This document shows positions 1-8,990 of a stretch of DNA of 64,000 bases, in pieces. The DNA lies in the NCBI GenBank assembly GCA_040756875.1, contig JBFLYH010000001.1, positions 224,001 to 288,000 of the forward strand, read 5' to 3'. Each line of letters begins with the position of its first letter. The first letter of the stretch is position 1. The notes beneath the pieces were generated by a model. That model ran no database searches and had not been told where the DNA came from. It saw only the letters and a program-made list of their open reading frames with translations. Made by a program: the position numbers and the translations under genes. Source of the DNA: a candidate division FCPU426 bacterium. Lineage in GTDB: Bacteria; Oederibacteriota; JAAXVQ01; JAUVAV01.

Positions 1-747
1 CTCGTGCACAGCGAGGACCGCCTGAACGGCGTGCAGGCCGCGGGCGTTTACACCCTGGCCAGGGGCAAGGTGTCGGGCGTGCAGGCCGCGGGCGTCTTCG
101 CCTATGCGGACAAGGATTTCGAAGGCGTGCAGGCTTCCGGCGTCTTCAATTATACCGGCGGCCGCCTGCAAGGCCTCCAGATCAGCACGGTGAATCTGGC
201 CGAAACCAGCGACGGTCTTCAAATCGGGGTGGTCAATCTGGCCGGGGAACAGCGGGGCGAATCCCTCGGCCTCGTCAGCCTGGCGGAGAATGGGCGCATT
301 GAAACCACGGCCTGGTGGGACAATCTGTCAGGCTTCAACCTCGGCGTCAGGTTCCGGGCCAATCACCTGTATTCGCTGCTGTCCGTTTCCCGGAAGTCTC
401 CCAGGGCCCAGGAAGCCGGCTGGGGGGGCGGAATTCACTTAGGCGGGCGGATGCTCCTGGAGCCTTTTTATGTCGATCTGGATCTGGGCTTTTCCGGGGT
501 CAACAATCCGCCGGCTGACCGCTTCGACGAAACGGACCTCGAGATCGCCGATCTGCGCCTCATGCCCGGCGCCACGTGGGGGCGTTTCTCGGTTTTCGCG
601 GGCATCGGCATGGCTTATATTTACCGCGGCCGGCTGGACACCCGGGAGGGAATCAAGGACGGGGCAACCGTGAAAACCGACTTGTGGACCATGATCGAAC
701 AAAAATGGTCGCCGCTGTACCTTGTGGGCGCCGCGTATTCTTTTTAA
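1..747 (+). CDS. Surface repeat protein (LA_2272-like GxQxxG repeats), 3' part; truncated by the window edge
   Basis: Repeats GVQAAG/GVQASG/GLQIS/GLQIG, followed by a beta-rich region ending in an aromatic C-terminus (AYSF); the ORF is open from the window start. Confidence 0.6.
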   Translation, partial: LVHSEDRLNGVQAAGVYTLARGKVSGVQAAGVFAYADKDFEGVQASGVFNYTGGRLQGLQISTVNLAETSDGLQIGVVNLAGEQRGESLGLVSLAENGRIETTAWWDNLSGFNLGVRFRANHLYSLLSVSRKSPRAQEAGWGGGIHLGGRMLLEPFYVDLDLGFSGVNNPPADRFDETDLEIADLRLMPGATWGRFSVFAGIGMAYIYRGRLDTREGIKDGATVKTDLWTMIEQKWSPLYLVGAAYSF

Positions 748-966
748 GCCAGCCGCCGGGGAAGGGCATGCTTCCTTTCCTCCGGTCCAACATCGTTTCT
801 TAACCTCGCTGTCTTCGCTCGTCCCTTCGCAACCTAACCCGGCCAATTGCCCCCGCAGGGAAACGCTGCTCCGGGGGGCCACCCTGTTCCGCCTGAAACC
901 GTTCCGGACGCACGACTTTCACTGCCAGGTGACAATCCGGCCGGGCATTGGTGTTTAATCTTTTAG

Positions 967-1096
967 CAGGCTGATGAAAAAGTCCGCAGAGCGGCCTTTA
1001 TCGTCTGCACTGCTTAGAATACCCCTTGAAAAATCAGAGATTTTTCAAGGGGTAACAGGCTGCCAAATGAGCATATAAGAGTTTTTCAGCAGCCTG
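967..1096. mobile_element. MITE, 130 bp, with IS5/IS1182-like terminal inverted repeats
   Basis: Left end CAGGCTGATGAAAAA (967-981) vs right end TTTTTCAGCAGCCTG (1082-1096), 14/15 match; TTAG direct repeats on both sides (963-966, 1097-1100); internal perfect 16-bp stem at 1020-1054. Confidence 0.75.
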
Positions 1097-1133
1097 TTAG
1101 AACCTGCCAATCCCTTGCGCGGAGGAGCGAATC

Positions 1134-1748
1134 ATGACTGACATCCACTGGCTGATGCTGCTCAAATCCAGCCCCACCCTGATGGTCCTGGGCGTGTGCT
1201 CGCTGCTGTCCCTGGTGTTCATCATTGAACGGGGGATCTATTATTTGATCAATCTCAACGGATCGAAAAAACTGGCCGCCGGGCTGCAGCCCATGATCGA
1301 GGACCTGGGCGTTGAGGCTGCCATCGCCCACTGCCGGCACCAGCGCGGACCCATGGCCAGGGTGGTCGGGGCCACGCTGAAGCATTTCCGGGAATCGCGC
1401 GAGAGCCTGTCCAGCCTGCTGGCCAGCCTGATCAAAAAGGAAGAAGTCGCGCTCGAACGGTTTTTGGGCATTCTCGGCACCCTGGGCAACACCGCCCCCT
1501 TTATCGGCCTCCTGGGCACGGTCATCGGGATCATCAAAGCCTTTCAATCCCTCGCTTTAGCGGGCAGCGGCGGCCCCAACGTAGTGGCCGCCGGGATCGC
1601 CGAAGCCCTGGTCGCCACGGCCGCGGGCCTGGTGGTCGCCATTCCGGCGGTCATTTTCTACAACTATTACATTTCCCGCGTGCGGGAGACGGTCACGGAC
1701 ATCGAGGCCGCGGTGGAGCACATCCTGTTCGTGGTCAAGGACAAGTAG
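1134..1748 (+). CDS. exbB: MotA/TolQ/ExbB proton channel
   Basis: Motifs [21 protein letters not shown] and [29 protein letters not shown]. Confidence 0.92.
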   Translation: MTDIHWLMLLKSSPTLMVLGVCSLLSLVFIIERGIYYLINLNGSKKLAAGLQPMIEDLGVEAAIAHCRHQRGPMARVVGATLKHFRESRESLSSLLASLIKKEEVALERFLGILGTLGNTAPFIGLLGTVIGIIKAFQSLALAGSGGPNVVAAGIAEALVATAAGLVVAIPAVIFYNYYISRVRETVTDIEAAVEHILFVVKDK

Positions 1749-1757
1749 GAGCCCAGC

Positions 1758-2177
1758 ATGATCGCGAACGCCCGGAAGCCCATTGTCACCATCAACCTGA
1801 CGCCCCTGGTGGACGTGAGCCTGGTCCTGGTCGTCATCTTCATGGCCACGGCGCCTATGTTTCTGCAAACCGGCATGAACGTCACGCCCGGTGAAAAGCC
1901 GGCGGACGCCGAGCAGGCCGCCCAGGCCGGCGCGGACGACACCCTCCTGCTGAAGATGGAAAACGGCCGGTGCTGGCTGAATGACCAGGAAGTCGCCGGC
2001 GGACAGCTGGCGGCCGCGCTAGCCCGGGCCGTGGAGCGGTCGCGGAGGAAAAGGGTGGTGGTCATGCCCGGCGAAGGCGTTTTGCACGGGGAAGTCATCC
2101 AGGCCATGGATCTGGCCAAACAGGCCGGGGCGAAAAAGCTGGTCATCATGGGGACCGGATCCCGTTCAGGAGAATGA
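1758..2177 (+). CDS. exbD: ExbD/TolR biopolymer transport protein
   Basis: INLTPLVDVSLVLVVIFM motif. Confidence 0.9.
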   Translation: MIANARKPIVTINLTPLVDVSLVLVVIFMATAPMFLQTGMNVTPGEKPADAEQAAQAGADDTLLLKMENGRCWLNDQEVAGGQLAAALARAVERSRRKRVVVMPGEGVLHGEVIQAMDLAKQAGAKKLVIMGTGSRSGE

Positions 2178-2181
2178 ATCC

Positions 2182-2598
2182 ATGCTCCAGAGCCGCATGC
2201 GCAGCGAAAACCCGAAAGCCCTGATGACCGAGATCAATGTCACGCCCCTGGTGGACATCTGCCTGGTGCTGGTCATCATCTTCATGGTCACCACGGCCAT
2301 GTTTCTGCAGCCTCCCTTCGAGGTCAGCCTGCCGCCCGCGCACGCCCGCGACCAGGCCGGAACCGGGCCGGTGTTCGTGGCCATCGGGGAGGACGGCCGG
2401 CTGGCCATCAACGAGAGCCCGGTGGCGGAAGACCGGTTTGAGGATGCGATCATGCTGCGCCTGCTGCAAAGCCCTTCCAAACGGGTGATCATCCGCGCGG
2501 ACGCCAAGGTGGCCAGCCTCAAGGTGCTGAAAACCCTCGAAGCCGTCAAGGCCGCGGGCGCGGAGCGGATCAGCTTCGGGACCGAGGAGGTCCGATGA
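2182..2598 (+). CDS. exbD: ExbD/TolR biopolymer transport protein (second copy)
   Basis: EINVTPLVDICLVLVIIFMV and VIIRAD motifs. Confidence 0.9.
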   Translation: MLQSRMRSENPKALMTEINVTPLVDICLVLVIIFMVTTAMFLQPPFEVSLPPAHARDQAGTGPVFVAIGEDGRLAINESPVAEDRFEDAIMLRLLQSPSKRVIIRADAKVASLKVLKTLEAVKAAGAERISFGTEEVR

Positions 2599-3218
2599 AT
2601 CACGCGGGGTTTGACCATCTGGCTGTCCGCATCCAGGCCGCGCTCCTGGTTTCGGTGCTGGTGCACGCGGCCGTGGTCTCGCAACTCGGCCCCAGGCGTT
2701 TTTCCCGGCCCGGGCAGAATATCGCGATCACCGAGGTGGAATACATTCCCAATTTTTCCCGCCCCCGCGGCCCGGCGCGGACGCAACCCCGGCCCAAACC
2801 CAAGGAAGTGGTCTCCCTGGCTCCCAAACCCGCGGCCGCCGAGCCGGTGGCCCCGGCCGAGGAACCGGAACCCGAAGAACCGCCGGAAGGCCTGGCGTTC
2901 AATCCGCATGAACCCGGGGGCGGGTTGTTCCTGCCGTTTTACGTGGTCGAGGAAGTCGCCGCTTTCAGCCGTCGCGTGGTGCCGGTCTATCCCGAGTCCG
3001 CGGTCAAACTGGGGCAGGCCGCCAAGGTGGTGCTCGAGGTCTACATCGACGCCGCCGGCGAGGTGAAATTCGTCCGGGTGGTCAAAAGCGGCGGCCCGGC
3101 GTTCGACCAGGCGGCCATGGAGGCGGTCAGGAATTCAGGGTTCAAACCGGCGCGCATCCAAGGCCGGCCCGTGCCGATCAAGCTGCTGATCCCGTACATT
3201 TTCTCGCTGGAAAATTAA
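2595..3218 (+). CDS. tonB: TonB energy transducer
   Basis: N-terminal TM helix with SVLVH, Pro/Glu-rich linker, C-terminal YPESA...FDQAAMEAVR...FKPA domain. Confidence 0.88.
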   Translation: MNHAGFDHLAVRIQAALLVSVLVHAAVVSQLGPRRFSRPGQNIAITEVEYIPNFSRPRGPARTQPRPKPKEVVSLAPKPAAAEPVAPAEEPEPEEPPEGLAFNPHEPGGGLFLPFYVVEEVAAFSRRVVPVYPESAVKLGQAAKVVLEVYIDAAGEVKFVRVVKSGGPAFDQAAMEAVRNSGFKPARIQGRPVPIKLLIPYIFSLEN

Positions 3219-3235
3219 GAAAGGACGTGCCTGCC

Positions 3236-5488
3236 ATGAAAAAGCTTCCTCCGCTGATGCTGATGTGCCTCCTGACCCTTCCGGTGTATGCCGGAGCGGC
3301 GGAATACGCCGGGCAAGTTGTGAATGAACTGACCGGCGAACCCCTGCCCAAGGCCAAGGTCGCCAGCCTGTCGGGCGAAAGCGCCCAGACCGACGGGAAC
3401 GGGCGCTTTATCCTGGAATGCGCCAATCCCAACGTGGTCGTGCAAATGCCCGGATTCGAGGAAAAATACTTCATCCTGCGCCCTGGGGAGCCGCTTACCC
3501 TGGCCGTCGGCTTGAAGGGCGTGTACGAGCTCCAAGCCGTGCGGGTCCGCGCCAAACCCGAGGCTAAAAAAGTCCTGGTCTCCAAGCAGAACGTGTCCCA
3601 GGAAGCCATCAAGGAAACCACGACCACGCTTTTCCCGGACGTGGCCCGCGTGGTGCAAGCCCTGCCGGGCGTGACCACCAACAATGACATGTCCGGCCTG
3701 CTTTACGTCCGCGGCGGGGAGCCGAACGAGGTGGTTTCGGTGCTCGACGATATGATCATCCTGGACCCCTACTTGTGGGGCGGCCGGCTGACGGTCTTTA
3801 ATCCCAATCTGGTGGAGAACGTGGAATTCTACGCCGGCGGATACCCGGCTGAAGCCAATCAGGCCCTGTCCGCCCTGCTGCAGGTGAAAAACAGAACCGG
3901 CAATGCCGAAAAGGTTTCGGGGTTCCTCGACCTGTCGGTGGCCACCACCGACGCCGTGATCGAAGGCCCGCTGGGCCTGGCCGAGGGCAGTTCGTTCATC
4001 GTGGGGCTGCGCCGGACCCATTACGATCTCATGGTCAACGCCTCGGCGACCGGCAACGTGGTTTATCCCTTCTTCTATGACGGCCAGGCCAAGCTGACCC
4101 TGCCCCTGGACACCGGGACGCTCAACGTCCAGTCCCTGTTCTCGTATGAAGGCATGAACCTCAACCTTTCCGAGGCCGAGGGCTATGGAGAGGACCATTC
4201 GGAGAACACCCGGTTTCACTATGCCGTCAAGGCCAGCAATACCAGCATCAGCTATGACCATCGCTGGTCAGACCGGCTGAGCCTGCTGACCCTGGTCGGC
4301 CTGGGCTGGCAGGACGGTTTTTTCACGTTCACGGATCCCAACATGCCTTCGGAAAGACAAATCACCCAGTCGATCTGGCAGGTGCGTCAGGTGTGGCAGT
4401 GGGTGCCGGACGAACGCCACCTGGTGAAAGCCGGCTTGTACGCCCTGAGCAGCGTGGTCGACGCCTCGATCAACTCGACCGTGCGGACGCCCACCCTGGC
4501 GGGATACTATGTGGACAAAATCGAGACGCGCTTCGACTTGCGCTGGCCGGTTTTCGCGGGCTTCTTCGCGCAGGATGACATCGAAATCCTGGAGGACGCG
4601 GTTTTCGTCAATCCCGGCGTGAACGGCCAGTATTACTCAGGCAACGGCCAATGGGTGGTTTCGCCGCGCCTGGCAGTGAAATGGAAAATGACGCCGGAGT
4701 GGGAATGGCACCTGGCCACGGGGCTGTACGCGCAGCACCCCCTGCAGGCCCAACTGCTGGATAAAACCTACGGCAACCCCGGGCTCCAGGCCGAAGAAGC
4801 GGTCCATTACATTTTCGGGTGCCAGCTCGACCTGGCCCACGGGTTCCATGTCCAGGCAGAAGCCTTTTACAAGGACTACTTCCGGCTGGTGGTCGGCGAT
4901 CCCGATCCGGCCATCCGCTATACCAACGCCGGTTCGGGCAAAGCGTACGGCCTGGACCTGATGGTCCAGAAAAAACTCGGCGACCAATGGGACGGCTGGC
5001 TGACCTACAGCTACGTGGACTCGGAGCGGTACATTCGCGACCGGAGCCGGGCCGAGGATTTCGGACAGAATCCGGACCTGGAGCCAATCCGCACCTGGTA
5101 CACGTCGCCGAGCGAACGCCCTCATACCCTGAATTTGATCTTCAACTACGAATTCGCCAGGCAATGGAAGCTCGCCCTGTCCCAGAAATACCTGGCCGGA
5201 ACGCCCGAAACGCCGGTGGCCGGCGCGGCCTATGTCGCGGCGATCGACGAGTATGTCCCCCGCTACGGCGCTTTCCAAAGCGAACGCCTGCCTGCGTACC
5301 TTTCCACGGATGTCAAAGTCAGCATGCCGTTCTTCGGCCTGAACGGCTGGAGCGCCTATGTGCAAGTCACCAACCTGTTCGACGCCAAAAACGTGGACCA
5401 TTATTATTACAACGATGATTACAGCCGGCGCAAAGCCATGTACCAGTTGCCGCGTATGTTCATGGGCGGCATCCGTTGGGATTTTTAA
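3236..5488 (+). CDS. TonB-dependent receptor with N-terminal carboxypeptidase-regulatory-like domain
   Basis: Signal peptide, plug motifs LPGV and YVRGG, barrel ending NLFD...GGIRWDF; last gene of the exbBD-tonB operon. Confidence 0.88.
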   Translation: MKKLPPLMLMCLLTLPVYAGAAEYAGQVVNELTGEPLPKAKVASLSGESAQTDGNGRFILECANPNVVVQMPGFEEKYFILRPGEPLTLAVGLKGVYELQAVRVRAKPEAKKVLVSKQNVSQEAIKETTTTLFPDVARVVQALPGVTTNNDMSGLLYVRGGEPNEVVSVLDDMIILDPYLWGGRLTVFNPNLVENVEFYAGGYPAEANQALSALLQVKNRTGNAEKVSGFLDLSVATTDAVIEGPLGLAEGSSFIVGLRRTHYDLMVNASATGNVVYPFFYDGQAKLTLPLDTGTLNVQSLFSYEGMNLNLSEAEGYGEDHSENTRFHYAVKASNTSISYDHRWSDRLSLLTLVGLGWQDGFFTFTDPNMPSERQITQSIWQVRQVWQWVPDERHLVKAGLYALSSVVDASINSTVRTPTLAGYYVDKIETRFDLRWPVFAGFFAQDDIEILEDAVFVNPGVNGQYYSGNGQWVVSPRLAVKWKMTPEWEWHLATGLYAQHPLQAQLLDKTYGNPGLQAEEAVHYIFGCQLDLAHGFHVQAEAFYKDYFRLVVGDPDPAIRYTNAGSGKAYGLDLMVQKKLGDQWDGWLTYSYVDSERYIRDRSRAEDFGQNPDLEPIRTWYTSPSERPHTLNLIFNYEFARQWKLALSQKYLAGTPETPVAGAAYVAAIDEYVPRYGAFQSERLPAYLSTDVKVSMPFFGLNGWSAYVQVTNLFDAKNVDHYYYNDDYSRRKAMYQLPRMFMGGIRWDF

Positions 5489-5495
5489 ACGGGGA

Positions 5496-6410
5496 TCAAA
5501 CCTGGAAAAGCGCCCGGAAGGGCAGGTAGAAGTCGGCGGTTTCCGGCAGGGCGCCCGGCTGTCCGCAGACCGCCGCGGCCAGGCTGCTCGCCGCCTCCAG
5601 CAGGCGGGGCGCATCCCAGCCGCTGAGCCAGCCCAGGGCCAGGCAGGCTGAAAAGGCGTCGCCCGCGCCCACTGGGTCCACGGCCGGCGGGGCGGAGAGA
5701 CGGTGTTCAGTCAGCCGGCCGTCCTGCCACCAGTAGCTGCCTTTTTCCGCCAAGGTCAGGCAAACGGCTCCGATGGAAAATCCTCCGGCCAGAGCCGCCA
5801 GCCGGGCCTCCTGGGAACCCGCCAGCCCGAAGTCCTCAGATACCTGATCCAATTCCTCGTGATTAAGCTTGAGCAGTTCGCAGGTGCGCAGGCAGTATTC
5901 CACGGTCTCCCGGGTGAACTTGCCCGGCCGCAAGTTCAAATCGCAAAATTTGGGGGCCGGGCATTCGGCCAGCAAGCGGCGCAGGGTGCTGCGGCTGTGC
6001 GGCCCGTGCTGGAGAGTGGTGCCGAAGTAAAGCAGGTCGTACTCCGCCAGGGTCCGGGGCGGGAGCGGCGGGAAATCCAGGAACTCGGAAGCCACGTTCG
6101 TGGGGATGTCGTACCGGGGCTGGTTGTTTTCATCCCGGCGCACGATGACGGTTTTGGTGCGGCGGACGGGGTCCACCTGCAGCAGACGGGAAGGGAAGCC
6201 CCGGCGGTCGAGCTCAGCGCGGATGAACCGGCCCGGTTCGTCCGCGCCGATGCGGGCCGCGAAGTCCACGCCTCCGGCCTGCAGGCAGTGGACGTGATAG
6301 GCGAAGTTGAACTCCGCCCCGCCCAGATAGCGCTTCTCGCCCGCTTCCGGCGAGGCGGGATAAATATCCAGCAATACGCTTCCGGGCACCAGGATTTTAA
6401 ACAGAGGCAT
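5496..6410 (-). CDS. PfkB-family carbohydrate kinase (fructokinase-like)
   Basis: GGAEFNFA, DLNLR, LKLNHEEL and DPVGAGDAF motifs. Confidence 0.88.
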   Translation of the reverse strand: MPLFKILVPGSVLLDIYPASPEAGEKRYLGGAEFNFAYHVHCLQAGGVDFAARIGADEPGRFIRAELDRRGFPSRLLQVDPVRRTKTVIVRRDENNQPRYDIPTNVASEFLDFPPLPPRTLAEYDLLYFGTTLQHGPHSRSTLRRLLAECPAPKFCDLNLRPGKFTRETVEYCLRTCELLKLNHEELDQVSEDFGLAGSQEARLAALAGGFSIGAVCLTLAEKGSYWWQDGRLTEHRLSAPPAVDPVGAGDAFSACLALGWLSGWDAPRLLEAASSLAAAVCGQPGALPETADFYLPFRALFQV

Positions 6411-6419
6411 GGAGGCGGG

Positions 6420-7382
6420 TCAGAAAAGCTTCAACGCCAGCCCCACGCTGACCGTGAAGAAGTGCAGCCAGTTTTTCACATAGCCGTCGCTCACAGCCTG
6501 GTCGCCTCGGTTGGTCCCCACCGCGCCGCCGCCCAGATAGCGGAGATTGATGAACGCCTCCTGGTCGTTTTCCAGGTCCAGGCCCAGCCGCAGGCTGGCG
6601 TCCAGCAGGGCGCCGGTAATTTCCTCGTCGCTGCCGTTGAGATAGCTGACCGGGGCGTAGATGCCGTCCGCCTCCGCGCCCAGCCACCACTTGCCCGCCC
6701 AGGGCTGACGCCAGCGGAATTTCAGCAGCGGGACCGGCCCCACGTCCGCCTTGCGGGCGAGCAGCGTTCCGTCCAGGCTGGAAAACACGATGTCCGCGTT
6801 GCGGACCTGGAGGGAAAAGCCAAGGGCGAGCTCCTGCTCGGAGTCCGGATCGAAGTCGTAAAGATAGCTGGCGCGGTAAAAGGGGAATCCGTAAAAAAAG
6901 CGCATGGCGGTTCCGGCCGGGAAAAGGGTGTTGTCCACGCGCAGGTCGTGACGCAGCGTATCGCGGGTTTCAAGCTCCAGCGGCTGATAGAGCAGGATGA
7001 AGGTGCTGATCTCGTTCACCGCGGCTTCGACGCTGAAGCGCGTGGTTGCAAACAGCAGGTCCTGGCCGCCGTCGCGCTGGTAGCGGAACTCGGTGCCGTT
7101 TTTGCCGAATTGGATGAGATGGTCGGCCACGCCGAGAAAGCCGATTTCCACGGCCAGGCGCAGGCAGGGATATTCCATGCCCGGCAGTTCGGAAACCAGG
7201 GAAGGCGGGGCCACTGCCACGGAGGCGCGGCTGTCCTGGCTTGGACGCTGGGGCGGATCGCACTCCGCCTCGTCTTCCAGGCTTTCGTCGTCAACCGGCA
7301 TCGCGGCCCGGGACAGGGCCGGCGCTCCGGAGAGCAAGGAAACCAATATAACCAACAACAGCATAGGACGGATCACGGGCAT
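6420..7382 (-). CDS. Exported protein, probable outer-membrane beta-barrel
   Basis: GAGGAG RBS before ATG 7382; signal peptide; amphipathic beta strands; C-terminal Phe. Confidence 0.6.
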   Translation of the reverse strand: MPVIRPMLLLVILVSLLSGAPALSRAAMPVDDESLEDEAECDPPQRPSQDSRASVAVAPPSLVSELPGMEYPCLRLAVEIGFLGVADHLIQFGKNGTEFRYQRDGGQDLLFATTRFSVEAAVNEISTFILLYQPLELETRDTLRHDLRVDNTLFPAGTAMRFFYGFPFYRASYLYDFDPDSEQELALGFSLQVRNADIVFSSLDGTLLARKADVGPVPLLKFRWRQPWAGKWWLGAEADGIYAPVSYLNGSDEEITGALLDASLRLGLDLENDQEAFINLRYLGGGAVGTNRGDQAVSDGYVKNWLHFFTVSVGLALKLF

Positions 7383-7477
7383 GGGACTGCGCTCCTCGGG
7401 AAAAAGGGATGAAAGAACGGCCAACAGTATAGCCGAAAAAGCGCGCAGGGGAAGCAAAATGATTAGGAGGCGCAGGG

Positions 7478-8608
7478 TCAGCGCCAGGTGGGGACCAGGT
7501 TGTCGTAGTAGCTCTTGGTGAGATTGCGGGCATTGGTTCCGTCGGCGTCCATGACAAAGATATTCCAGGCCCCTTCCCACTGGGCAATGTAGGCGATCAT
7601 GGTGCCGTCTGGAGAATAGACCGGATCGTCGCGGTCAAGATCATCCTTGGTCAGGCGCTGGTACCTGGAATTAAGAAGATCAAAGATGAAAAGTTGGCGT
7701 GTACGGGGCGAAAAAAAGTCCGAGGTGAAAATCAAATACCGTCCGCTGGGGCAAAAAACCGGGTCTTCGTGGTTGGTCAGTTCGCCGGATTGGATGAGCA
7801 TCTCGATTTTATGCGTGAACAAATCCATGACGTGCACTTGATGGATATTGTTGACTTCGGTTTCGTAAGCAATGCGGTCGCCGCCGGGCGAGAAGCTGTA
7901 GGCGTGGTTGACCCCCTGGGTGGAGGTGAGCATTTTAATTCCCGTTCCATCGGCGTTGATCATGCCGAGCTGCTGGCGATTGCCGTCCACCTGGGTGAAA
8001 ACGATTTTAGTATCGTCCGGACTCCAAATCGGGTTGGTCTTGTCACCCGGCCCCTGGGTGAGCTGGTCGGTCTGCCCGGTGTCCAGATGCAGCAGATAGA
8101 TTTGGAAAATACCTCCGTTGCGGTTCGAGGTGAATGCGAGGTGTTTGCCGTCGTAAGCGAAATGCGGATCCCGGTCGAACGCCTGGGTATTGGTCAGACG
8201 CACCAGGTTGTTTCCGTTTGCATCCATCATATAGAGCTGGTAGTAACGGCCGCCGCCACGGGTGGAAGCGAAGGCGATCTGGCGGAAACCGCCGCCCGGC
8301 GGCGTGGGCGCAGGCGTGACCGTTACCGTGGGGGTGGGCTGCACCGGGAAAGAAGGCCGCTCCTGGATATAGAGTTCCTTGGGTTTGGCCGCGGCCAATT
8401 GCGCCGGCTTGGCCGGACCCGCGTGTTTGGAGCCGAAGTCCGGAACCGGCGTGGCTTCCGCCACTTTCGGCTTGTAGGGCTGATAGCACGGGCCGACCAT
8501 GACCATCATCAGCAAAAGCAAAAACGACAAGACGAGCAGCGCTTGCAGCGAGAACCCGTCGTCATTGTTGAGGTCAATGAGTTTTTTGATGCGTTCAAGC
8601 AGGTTCAC
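7478..8608 (-). CDS. TolB-like PD40 beta-propeller protein, membrane anchored
   Basis: Repeated P.WSPD/FSP.G/YSPDG motifs and IAFASTR; N-terminal hydrophobic segment; Pro/Thr linker. Confidence 0.8.
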   Translation of the reverse strand: MNLLERIKKLIDLNNDDGFSLQALLVLSFLLLLMMVMVGPCYQPYKPKVAEATPVPDFGSKHAGPAKPAQLAAAKPKELYIQERPSFPVQPTPTVTVTPAPTPPGGGFRQIAFASTRGGGRYYQLYMMDANGNNLVRLTNTQAFDRDPHFAYDGKHLAFTSNRNGGIFQIYLLHLDTGQTDQLTQGPGDKTNPIWSPDDTKIVFTQVDGNRQQLGMINADGTGIKMLTSTQGVNHAYSFSPGGDRIAYETEVNNIHQVHVMDLFTHKIEMLIQSGELTNHEDPVFCPSGRYLIFTSDFFSPRTRQLFIFDLLNSRYQRLTKDDLDRDDPVYSPDGTMIAYIAQWEGAWNIFVMDADGTNARNLTKSYYDNLVPTWR

Positions 8609-8652
8609 GATCGCTTCCCAGGTGGAGAAGGGTTGGCTGGCAGTCAGCCTGA

Positions 8653-8792
8653 GAGTGGAGTGCCCCCCGGGCTAAAGTTCCCCTGCGGGGACTGTTGCCC
8701 GGGGCTCCCTCCCTACGCAAACAAATCCCGCAAACTTCTCCCCGGCCAACGGTCCCTATGGGAGCAAAAGCCCGGGGATTCTTGCGGAGGGA
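8653..8792. mobile_element. Twin-hairpin non-autonomous element (long form, 140 bp), intergenic
   Basis: Reverse-complement homolog of 22361-22462 with the same termini (GAGTGGAGTG...GCGGAGGGA) and 20- and 18-nt extra segments in the two hairpin loops. Confidence 0.8.
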
Positions 8793-8990
8793 TAAAATAT
8801 TGGACCAGATCATAACATGAACGGTTCGATAAAAATCCAAATATTCGACCAAATCAATGGGGAAACCGGGCTCGGAAGGCCTTTTACAGCAACCCTCTTT
8901 TCGGAGTACGCGGGTTCATCCCCGGACCTAAAAGTAAGGGCCAGGGTCAAAATAGTAAGGAAACCGAATAAGACAGGAGCTGTGATCATC

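Noticed and set aside
750-960. Possible cobalamin riboswitch upstream of the Ton operon
   Set aside because: I could not find the B12-box or core motifs in the right order; an Rfam scan would settle it
1066-1076. AATGAGCATAT inside the MITE, matching part of the DUF134 operator
   Set aside because: Only a partial site, not palindromic; probably chance
5703-7412. 569-aa plus-strand ORF
   Set aside because: Antisense shadow of the PfkB and barrel genes in GC-rich DNA; no recognisable motifs
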